The position numbers and the translations under genes are program-made. The notes under the pieces are model-generated. The model was not told the DNA's origin and did not search any database. It saw only the letters and a program-made list of their open reading frames with translations. Below, piece after piece: positions 1-10,428 of a stretch of 64,000 nt of DNA (the first letter of the stretch is position 1; every line of letters starts with the position of its first letter). Source of the stretch: Azolla caroliniana (Eukaryota > Plantae > Polypodiophyta); NCBI GenBank assembly GCA_043228905.1, contig JBHGNT010000003.1, positions 2,728,001 through 2,792,000 of the forward strand. The letters are read 5' to 3'.

Positions 1-33
1 AGGCATCAACTCGAAATCCGCCTAAACAATGAA

Positions 34-866
34 ATGGGGAAGTTAGAAGAACACCATGCAAAGGAATCCCAGTTGTGGGTGGGCCTGAAGACCGCATACG
101 AAGAAGCGGCAACGATTAGTCAGCAAGAAATTGCAAACCTCAAGAAGTCGGTGGAGGACGCACACAACCATTGCCAGGCCATCACAGATAACGTGTGTAT
201 CCTTCTACAAACAAATCGGGAGAGGTTCACAGTGCAATTGAAAACGGCGCTAGACAAAGGATGGATGGCGTGGGCAACCCAAGCAGCGGAATTGCACACG
301 TATCGTGCGGACTGGGGAACTGGCGAAAAGACGACCGAGGTTTCTATAAACTAAATGAGGAGAGCATTGTGGCCTTACGCGAGGACCTAGCGCAAGACTA
401 TCGTGCACTAGCGGACCAACACTCCGAAGAATTTGCGCAACTCTTAGATGATTTCGATGAAAGCCAGGAGGAGCTATTTCACCAGATCACTCAAGCCGGC
501 AGCACGCAAACAAATGAGGAATCCATCGCGACGCCAAACGAAGAGGAACCTCAAGCCACATCACCAGAAATTACAGCGATGGTGAATAGTGTAGAACAAC
601 CAGCGGAGTCCCCCACACCACCAGACAGCGAAACTGCTGCCCAAGAGGAGTCCCATCCGCAGGAGCCCACGCTATCGGCGGACCACACGGAGAACGTTGC
701 GGGCAAGGTGGAATTGCAACCCCACTCCCTGGAGCGTAACACGACGGCCGATACCACGGAGGAAGTGACGATTGAGACAGAGCCGTGGCCGACCGCAAGC
801 ACGACGATGGTTGAGCCCACCCCACTAGCTCAAGAAGAGCCCATCGTACCCGGATCGCCCACATAG
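34..866 (+). pseudogene. Extra 3' ORF (helical then acidic/Pro/Thr-rich, split over two frames) of an LTR retroelement entering from the left window edge
   Basis: Overlapping ORFs 34-354 and 195-866 lie directly upstream of a purine tract and a TG..CA LTR-like unit; no RT or integrase motifs. Confidence 0.4.
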
Positions 867-1015
867 GACGACAATGACACCAGGAAAAGCCATCCCGACC
901 AAATAGGGGAACCACACCACGATGCACCTACAGGCCCTACGTCACCTCCAGACGCGGACACCCTAGCAGAGCCAAACATCCGGGTCATTTTGGAAGAATA
1001 TTAACGGGAAGGGTC

Positions 1016-1491
1016 TGACGTGCCAGGCCACTGTCCCATACGTGTGCCAGGTGTTGTCCGCTAGAATAGTAACCGACGGACAAGAGCGTAGGAATAAGAA
1101 ATAATATAAGATCATAACGCATGTAACAGTTCATGCAGGAAGGGTGAACGACTAAAGCGACCCTGCGTATATAAAGGGCAGAAAACGTCTGATAGAGGGA
1201 GGGTGTAATTTTGGAATGTAAAGAAGCGTATCATAATAGAATTCTATCTTCTCTAAAAATCTGTGTAAAGCTACGGCTAGTCTACTGTGTGTCTGGAATA
1301 CTTGAGGGTGTAAGAACGTGAGTGTGTAACCACTGATAAGGAGTCGGTTGTAGCCATCTCCCTTTTACGCTGCTATGTTACGGGGAACATTCCCCTACGT
1401 ATTACGCATAGACGCCACCATTCGTTCTTCACAATCACTTGGAGGTCTAGGTCGAAGGACTGACCGCAGACCGTGTTCCTAATCGGTAACA
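1016..1491 (+). mobile_element. Probable 3' LTR of an LTR retroelement inserted into Copia-1 RT
   Basis: Preceded by PPT-like GGGAAGGG (1006-1013); starts TGAC, contains TATATAAAG, ends GGTAACA; Copia RT sequence (LYGLKQAPRAWNAKI, minus strand) begins right after 1491. Confidence 0.65.
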
Positions 1492-4468
1492 AGTTGTTGC
1501 GTGATTTTCGCGTTCCAGGCACGCGGGGCTTGCTTTAGGCCATAAAGTGTTCGTTCCGGATTGAAATCCGGGGGCTGGACCATGTACACCTATTCCTCAA
1601 GCTCACCTTGCAGGATTGCATTTTTTACATCCATCTGATGTAAGTGCCACCCCTTTGTCGCAGCTACCGCGAGCAAAACACGAACGGTCGTCATCTTCGT
1701 GACTGGTGCAAATGTCTCATCGTAGTTGATGCCATGTTTCTGCGAGTAGCCTTTCGCTACTAACCGGGCCTTGTATCGGTTGACCGAGCCGTGGGTGTTG
1801 TACTTGACCTTCACCCACCTGCATCCGATCGTCTTCACACCCTTCGGTGCGTCAACCAGGTCCCAAGTTTCATTTTCCACTAATGCGCGCATCTCTTCCG
1901 CCATTGCGGCGTGCCAATTCGCGTCCTTCGCCGCTTCTGCATGGCTCTCTGGCTCACGCACTTCCGCTATGCGCGTCATGTACGCATAATGATGCACCAT
2001 GTACTCATTGTAACCGAACCGCACAACAGGGTTCTTCTGGTGGGTAGATCGGCGTAATTGCTCATTACCCGATGTTGAGGCTCTCGTTGCCGGCCCGGAC
2101 TTCGGTCTCGAAGACCCGTCACCACTTCCCTCGGAGTCGGACTTGCGCCGATCCAATTTGTTCCTATTCGTGTCGTATGCTGACACCTTCTTCTTTCCTT
2201 TTTCCTTGCGCATAAGCTGTCTCCTCAGCTTCCTGCACGGGGAATGCACGGTCGAGTATCCAGTACTCGCCGGCTCTTCATCGGACTGGTGGAACTGACT
2301 CAGTCATCCATCAGGTCCGCTTAACCGAAATGAAATCAAACTCTCTTTGCGGGTCCCGATTTCATGCTCATCCGGAGGCATCTCGGCCTTGATGACCTCA
2401 TCGTCAGAACTCGGATTGGAGGTGAGGTCTGGAGTCAGAGGCAAGTAGTAGGACGCTGACTCGTCAAATACAACATTGCGGCTCACGCACGCTTGTTTGG
2501 TGCGAGGGTTATAACACTTATAACCCGTCTGCTCGTCGAGTAGCCGACCAAGATACACTTGGCTTTTGCGGCCAACTTCCTCCTTTTCTCCTTCGACACG
2601 TGCATAGACACGATGCTACCGAAAACTCTCAAGTGTCGCAGATTTGGTTTCCTTCCAAAATACAGCTCATGCGCTGGCACTTTTTCTCCAATACGATTCT
2701 GGATGTATACCGCGGTTCGTACCGCCTCGGCCCAATAGAACTTGGGCAAGCTCTTTTCCTCCAGCATTGCCCGTGCTGCTTCCACAATCGACCAATTTTT
2801 CTTCTCGGCCCCGCCGTTTTGCTCCGGCGTGTATCTACAACTGAATTCGCGCCGAATTTCCATCTGTTGCAGATAGCCGTTAAATTGACTGAAAAAGTAC
2901 CCCTTTCCGCCATCCGACCACAAGCAGTTGATCTTTCATCCTGTTTCCGTTTCTACGAACCCTTTGAGGTCTCGGAAACAGTCGAAGACTTCACTCTTCT
3001 TCTCGATGAGGTAGATCCACATGTGCCGCGTATAGTCGTCGATGAAAGAGACGAAATATCGACTCTCGCCAAGACTAACGTTTTGTGCCGGCCCCCATAC
3101 ATTAGAATGTATCAAGTCGAGCTTGTTCCGGCTCCGGTTATGCTCGTTTGGGAAAGGAAGTCGGTGTTGCTTCCCTAGCTGGCAGGCTTCACAAATTTGT
3201 GCCTTCCAGCCACTAAATTTGGGCAATCCGAACACCACCTATTTCGATTGCAGGTCCTAAAGCCGTTGATAGTTGACGTGTCCTATCCGCTTGTGCCATA
3301 AGTCGATATCTGACTCGACTTTTTTGTCCTTTCGCGAACATTGCAGTGCCACTATCACTAGAGTCGAGGATAAACATCCTCCCGTCTCTACACCCTTGCG
3401 CAATAACTCGGCCTTCTTCCTTGATGAAGCACCCGAGATGCGTAAACCGAACCTGCATCCCCTGGTCGACGATCTGCCCGATCGACACCAGGTTCTTTGT
3501 GATTGTCGGGACATGTAACACGTTCATGAGTTTCCCTTTCTACCCGACATGGCTAAGGGGAGCTTCACCGACATTCACGATCAGATGCGGAGTGTCGTCT
3601 CCGGTTGCGACTACTCCCGGTTGCATCGGTTTTTCCAGGTATGAGAACCACTCCTTATGGCACGTCATGTGGTTTGACGCGCCGGAGTTGACGTATCACA
3701 CCTCGTCCGATTTCGGGGTGATCTTCTTCATCGAGTTTGCTTCGTGTCTCGTCACGAAGACTGACCCTTTTTCGCCTCCTTCGGAGTAGTGCGATCGTTG
3801 CCGATTACCCTTGTCGATCTGTCCGGAACCTGATCTGGACCCGGTTCTCTCCGAGTCGGCGCGCTTTTTCCAACACTCACTCTCCCTGTGGCCTTTCTTG
3901 CCACAGTACCAACATTCCATGGCGGATTTCCCTTGCCGGTTCTCATCGCCTCGACTCCCCTTGTTTCCGAAGGGTTCGGAGTTGCTGTCAGCATCACTTC
4001 GGTGCCTTCTTCCTTGGTCCCGTCGGCCGCCTCCATTGCGCACCGACTCGCCTCGTCTGCCACGACCACTCGGCCTATCTCCCTCCGTGTACAACATCTT
4101 GTTGTCGGCATGTGTGCTCGTCGACGCACCCGCGTGGTTTCCTCTATATGGAGCATCGACTGTAGGTCATAAAACGACGGCGTATTCTCCCGTGCACACA
4201 CAACAGTTCGGAATGCTCCAAACTTCAACGTCAGTCCCCCGAGACAGATCTGCACCATCTCGCCTTCCTCGACGTTCACATCGATGGAGGCTAAGGAGTC
4301 GCATATATCTTTGATCTTCGAGGTGTAATCGGCCACTGACAAGTCGTGTTGTCATAGGTTGCTCAGCTCCTATCGGAGTTGAAGCTTCCTGGCTATAGTG
4401 CTTGCGGCGAAAATCTTCTTCAGATTTCCCCAAGCATCCTTAGGCGTTTTCGCATCCCGAATGTAGCT
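1492..4468 (-). mobile_element. Copia-1: degenerate Ty1/Copia gag-pol (right part of gag continues at 13572-13720)
   Basis: Zn knuckle CWYCGKKGHRESEC, integrase (CEACQLGKQ, FIDDYTR, SDGG), RT (YKARLVAKGYSQ, QMDVKNA); many stops and frameshifts. Confidence 0.92.
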
Positions 4469-4504
4469 AACACGTTCGCGTTCACAAGTGGAAGGATTGC
4501 GCAT
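4469..4504 (+). repeat. Left TIR, copy 1
   Basis: AACACGTTCGCGTTCACAAGTGGAAGGATTGCGCAT; reverse complement of 13532-13567 with 3 mismatches. Confidence 0.95.
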
Positions 4505-4855
4505 TCCACTTGTAGAATCTTCTTAAAACGAAGCAAATACACCCTCTCTACAAAAATTGGATGCACTAGTATCACATGTTCCTCAACTTGATGAGAATTT
4601 GCAAATATAAAAATACATGATAGATCTACGAGTGGAGATCATTAGAAATCATGCAAGTTTAGACACGTTGATAAGTTAATGTAGGCATAATAAAGTTCAA
4701 TTATGGCTCAATATGTCACTACTGTGTGACAAGGGAAACACTAACTTAAAGACTTATATTAATTAGGTAAGTTTTACAAAAATATCAGGTGTACTTGTAT
4801 CCATACTAATAAAATGAGTTATAATTTATACTTTGACCCATACGTGCATGTATGT

Positions 4856-5121
4856 AATTGTGGAAAATGTAGGATAGTGCACATTAGGATAAGTGATTGG
4901 AATAACTAACTTATTAAAGTATTCAATACTTGTATTTAAAGTTGATCTAATCTATTCCTTAGTTTGTTCATATGGGATCAAACCATATGTATATAATTGT
5001 GGACAATGTAAGGCAGTGAACTTTAGGATAATGTCGTGGAAATAACAAACCTATTAGGCTTTCATACCTGTATTTAAAATTGATCTACTCTATTGCTTAG
5101 GTGATTCACACAGGATCAAAC
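4856..5121. repeat. Degenerate tandem duplication, period about 139 bp
   Basis: AATTGTGGA(A/C)AATGTA...GTATTTAAA.TTGATCTA...GGATCAAAC occurs at about 4856 and 4995. Confidence 0.7.
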
Positions 5122-5523
5122 TCCGAACGATAACGCAACTGGAACCATTATCAACACACTACACAATCTAAGCAGCAATGGAATAGAAACATAATAGTTT
5201 TAACAATAGAAGACAAAGATCCATAATAACAACATGGACAGTCACGGCAACAATTATAGGGCCATGTTCTGTTAAGGTTAGCTTGGACCAAAATCAGCCT
5301 CAATTTAAACTAGTTCATGTTTCTCCATAAATTTGGTAGTTAGTTATGCACGCGATGAAACCAATGTCATAAATCTACTAACCAAGTATATAAAAATAAA
5401 ATTGAAACATATAGAAGATTATAAAGAATAGAATCCACTAGGTAATGTGAATAGAACCCAAAATTTGTATTAATAATATGAAATCCTAACAAATCGTCAG
5501 TGTCATTTTCTTCATAGAGTTTA

Positions 5524-8500
5524 TTACATAGCAATCAATTCATCAACGTCATTTTCTTCATCATCTTGTGTAGAATTGTCTTTGGCTATACGTGCATTGG
5601 TTTCCCCTGTTAGCTGAGCCAACGAAATATCTTCTATAAGCTCATCATCAAGCTCTATTAGCTCCCCCGGTTCGCCGGCTAACAGAGGAATAGGCTCTCG
5701 CGAAGCAGGTTGAAACCTTTCTGTATTGGCGAGGTTCTTTGCACCGACCTCCTCATCCTGGTCTGGGCACTCCCATAAAGCCTTAATCCGCATATTAATA
5801 AATATAACTTGGTCCTCGTCCTTCTCCAATGCAACTGTATTTCTAAAAAGCTTCAATGCACATGCAGACGTAGTTCCTGTGATGTAAGTAACAAGAAGAT
5901 TTAGTTGTCAAACGAAAAAAAATGGGATTGGTTATCTCAAGATCGTTACCCTAGTTCGAGGAATACTTGTGCCAGAAAAGAGATCTAATATCCAGTCTCC
6001 TTCGACAGAAAACATCTCGATCAAGCGCATCATAAGTCGTTGAGGTTTTTGGTATGGGTTGACAAGTCCCCGTTCTGTCGTGGTGACATGTCGCAATTTC
6101 CGTGTCATTGTTGGATATACCAACCGATTTGAACCTCCCACTTCATTAGAATGCTCTTTGATTCTCTATTTCTTAATTTCATCGAAGTAGCCAACCGTTA
6201 TGTATTCAATGGCATTAACGAACCGAAAAGTTGGCCCTCTATTTACATTGGTCTTGATCCTATAAAAAATAATACATCGAGTTAAGAATAGATTCAACAA
6301 CCTTAAGAAATGCAATATAGTGAAAGACACCTATAATCCTTACCATGCAAGGTTCTCGATGCCATGGCAACGAGATCTCAAAGCTTGAGCTACCGAGTAC
6401 CCTTGGTCCATACTATGAAAGACAACTATTCGCCACAAGGATGCGGTCGTTAGCTCAGCAAAATCCTTGACCATCTTCTCCAATTGTTTAAACCTAAACG
6501 GTTCATCGTCGTATGATGACCCAGCCATTCGAAATCCGTAAGGAATATCCGCAATCATTAGCGTATATTCCTTCTTTGGCACCTTTTGGATCAAGTCGAC
6601 GACATCACCGCAAACCACATTGTAGTAAAGATCTCTTGTAATATCTTTTTTGTGGCTAAATTTTTTAAAGGAGCCATCTTCCTCCATTTCGTACGCCTTG
6701 ACTAAGCGACGATCCTTTTCTTTTCTGGCTCGCTTGAGATGTGCAAGGAAGGATGTAGGGAAATCGTGTATATCCTTAACTTCTCCTTGTCTCTTGCCTC
6801 GACACGGTTTCTAATAGAAGCAATAGGACATCAGGTATTATTATACAAGCTCTACATATGATGAAAGGGTAATGAAAAACCATGAATACTAACCCAATCC
6901 TTGAATGCAATAAAATACTCTAATAACGCCTTATATGAAAACGTTAGAGGATAATCCTCGGTCACTTGTTCCCAAGTTATACATCTAAGTTGTTTCATCA
7001 TAACTTCTTGGATCTTCATGTACACCTTATGGCTGTAAAATTAGAAATCAAGATTAGAACTTTGAATTACACCGGATAGACTACAATTTCAGTATTTGAA
7101 AGACTTACTTATTGAACTCAGTGACCATTTCTTCAAGGCTTAAATCTTTCGCCACAACCCTTGACAAAACAGACACAAGAAGCTGCTCGTCCTTAATACC
7201 TTGCATCGCTCTCCATAGAGACAGCTTCATGTCCTCTGCCGCTTCTTCAATTGTCAAGTCAATTTTCTTGGTGGCTTGTGACTTTAACTCTAGTTGAGGG
7301 TCAACCTTACATTTCTTTTGTTGTTGACCCTTTACCTCCTTATTCTCCCACATTGAGAAGATTTGATCTTGTAGGTCCCATACTTCTCCATCTCTAAACG
7401 CCAATTGAAACCAAGACTCATACTTTCGAAGACCATCGGACCTAACATTATCATCTACCACAATGCTGACTTCATGTAGACATTGACGTCATAGGCTTGG
7501 ATGTAACTTCACACCAAACTTTTGTTTCACGTCTAAATACTCGTGGTGGAAGAACCGTATATGCTCAATGGACGACATTTTCTGCCTATAGTCATTATCA
7601 TTATTATGGTCCCATGCCAACAGCTTAGCCTCTTCGGTTGTGAGCCCAACATAAATTTTGCACTCGGCATACTTGAAGAAGAAACTTGTTGGATGTTCTC
7701 TCACAAGTTGCCGACGTGCCTCTACTGAATGCGATCCACCAATGACAAAATAATTATATTGATCATGCTTTCTAATATCAAAATCTTCAATGGTTTCACA
7801 TTCTTCAGGATCTACCATAACAATAAAAGGCACCACAGTGGCATGAGGATTAATTTTCATTTTTTTCTTGAGATTTTGAACATGCATGCGGTGTGGCTCT
7901 CTAATCTCAAGTGGTCGTCGACCTGTTTTTTCATCAATAGGGGGCTGATGGATGTGTGTTATAGGCAAATTAAACACTTGCCCTTTCCTGACCAGTTTCC
8001 ATTGCATTAACTCTCTCCTTATCTTATTCTGCTCAGATGACAAAACACCCGAGGCTAGTTCAGCTCCTGGCGTCCCCTTATTATCCTCCTCTTCATTTTC
8101 ACTTGTTGAATCCGTGTCCGACATTTTGGTTGTCTTCTTCTTTGGTGGTCTTGACTGGACTTTGGATACCCTTTTTGTGGCCTTCAATGGGGAGGGCACT
8201 TCATCTCTTAGAGTTACATGGCCTTGTATATAAGGCCTCAAGGTAACAATAAGGTTTTGTGAGCTTTCAAGATCTTTTTTGAACGCTTCTGGCCCACAAG
8301 ATTCCTTTACTAAAAGGTCTTCTGAAAGGAACACTTTACATACCCCCTTGGAGCACTCTATCATTACCAATATGTTGGCAGAATCTACATCTTCGTAGTC
8401 AAATCGTAGAATACGGCCATACATAAATGGGGTTTCCTTTCCAAGCTGCCCCACCCCCTTCTTCTTTGTTGTATACAAAACGACTTTTTTCTTTGAGTCG

Positions 8501-9603
8501 ACATATTGCATACACCATTCCTTGTCCGTTAGATCTCGGTCAGGAAGGTCTTCACCTCCAGTAGCGGCGACAAGTTTCTTTTGGCTAACATCAATATGTG
8601 GCTGAGATTTTGTCTCTTCGTTGAAGAGAAGCTTTTTTCCTCTCTTCATGGTCTCCGGAGCTACCTTGGTCTGGGCTTCGATTGGAGAACCCTGTATGCG
8701 AAGCTTTATTTTCTTCACAGGTCGGTCCGACAGGTTCTCAAACGACCTATTTAAGAAAGTATATGCAAAAACATAAGTTAGGTGGTCACGTAGATTAAGG
8801 TTGTATATTAACATGAAGAACAGTTCTCACTAGCAGTCCTATATTCAAAAATCTATTCTAGGCAGCGCTATTCAACCTAGAAAATATATATCATAATAAG
8901 TAAACAGGGTTATATATTCTTTTATATAGTAGGTATGACTTATATAGATTCCAAACCTATATTGAGGAGAATTTTCTATCGTAAAGGCAATTTGTGGATC
9001 ATTTTCTACTATTTTAAGCTAAAGTAGGTCATAAAACACCTATAATTAGAGCATGTTTTTTTTTAAAAGTAAGGAAAGTCAACATAAAAAAGATTGATTT
9101 TGACAGACAATTTGATATCTTTTCCACACAATAATTAATTGTTACCCCAAAAACACAATTTTCCTCTCTTAGAGCCTTCTTTTATACAGGAACTCGATAC
9201 GGCGTATCGAGTTCCTGTTTAAATCCTAAACTTTAAAAGGGAACTCGATACGGCGTATCGAGTTCCTCTGCTTTCGTTGCTTTTTAAACAAGAACTCGAT
9301 ACGGCGTATCGAGTTCGTGTTTAAAGTTTAGGTTTTAAACAGGACGTATCGAGTTCCCGTTTAAAGTTTGGAATTTAAACACGAACTCGATACGGCGTAT
9401 CGAGTTCCTGTTTAATGTTTAGGTTTTAAACACGAACTCGATACGCCGTATCGAGTTCGTGTTTAAAGTGTAGGTTTTAAACACGAACTCGATACGCCGT
9501 ATCGAGTTCCCGTTTAAAAGCAAAAACAAATTATGTTTACACAAATGTCCACAGTGTCAGAGGCCTACCTGGAGTCCTCGCGCTCGATTCTCTTTGAAGA
9601 CAT
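5524..9603 (-). pseudogene. ParB/Srx-like domain + beta-class N6A/N4C DNA methyltransferase fusion, 6 exons, about 974 aa, 2 premature stops
   Basis: Predicted exons 9603-9569, 8746-7109, 7032-6894, 6810-6344, 6259-5967, 5876-5524 have GT-AG introns and consistent phases. Motifs: PFIVMV..YFVIGGSHS.EAR (ParB-like); CGDVVDLI..LMIADIPYG (motif IV-like); PYQKPQRLMMRLIEMFS.EGDWILDLFSGT (motifs X/I); RNTVALEKD. Stops at 7489-7491 and 6166-6168. Confidence 0.85.
9191..9508. repeat. Array of 23-bp palindromes AACTCGATACG-N-CGTATCGAGTT, 51-bp period, in intron 1 of the methyltransferase gene
   Basis: Full copies start at 9191, 9242, 9293, 9384, 9435, 9486, with a half copy at about 9345; the unit at 9426-9468 extends to a 43-bp palindrome. 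Confidence 0.95.
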
Positions 9604-10428
9604 GGTTGATCGTGTGGCAGTGGAGGTGGAGATCGCGCTTTGGTGCTTTGTGCTCTGTGTGCTTTGTGTGCTCTGTGTGCTCTATACGCTCTTGTGAGTG
9701 AAATATGACGAGGTCTTCCTATTTATAGGGATTGACCACATTGGTTAAAGTAACCATAGTCACCTTAACCAAGGTTGGTAACTTTGAGGATCGTTAGTTG
9801 GTAACGACAGTCACATTAACTAGAGTAACTTATGATTGCATTAATGATTACAAAGTCAAACTAACATATTGATCAATCTTTTATAGTCATAACAACCTGC
9901 AATGACTTCAAAGGTCATGAATGAGACAATCATAGAGGTTCATGAATGTACCAATGATTGATTACTAAAAGCAACAATTTTGATGACTCTCAAATGCTGT
10001 GTATTAAAGATGTTGGCATGAATTAACCAATGATTGATAAGTCTAATATTTAAAATGGTGAGCATTAAAGAACCAATGAGTGAGACGTTCTATATCAAAA
10101 TGGGTGCCATTAATTAGCCAATGATTTTAACATTAATCCAACATATTCATGGCTTGTTAATGATTAGTTTTATATTATACTTGATTTAACTTCATATAGA
10201 TGTAGTTTATATAATAATTGATATTTTAAGTATAATTACTTTATTAAAAATAATTTTTTGATGTATTGTATTAATAGAATATTACATAATATAGACATTC
10301 TATTGATTTGGCTTTTGTTTAGAGAGAAGTTTATGTTTAGAGAGGAGTATATGTTTAGAGAGGAGCTTATTAGTTTTTTTCCTTACCCTAAGCACATAAC
10401 TTAGAGAGCCCTATCTAGACCTTAAGCC
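9604..10428. promoter_or_regulatory. Putative bidirectional promoter between the methyltransferase and transposase genes
   Basis: TATAAATA on the minus strand at about 9720-9727, roughly 120 bp upstream of the ATG at 9603; four CCAATGA motifs at about 9951, 10027, 10073 and 10118. Confidence 0.5.

Noticed and set aside
2600-4314. Plus-strand ORFs antisense to Copia pol (similar antisense ORFs at 25-28 kb and 58.5-64 kb)
   Set aside because: Shadow ORFs of GC-rich retroelement coding sequence.
9191-9508. CRISPR array (palindromic repeats with constant period), also at 33035-33715
   Set aside because: Spacers are short and resemble one another, there are no cas genes, and the arrays lie in a spliceosomal intron of a plant transposon.
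5524-9603. Bacterial contamination or prophage as the source of the methyltransferase
   Set aside because: The gene has GT-AG introns conserved in two copies and lies inside TSD-bounded insertions within plant Copia elements.
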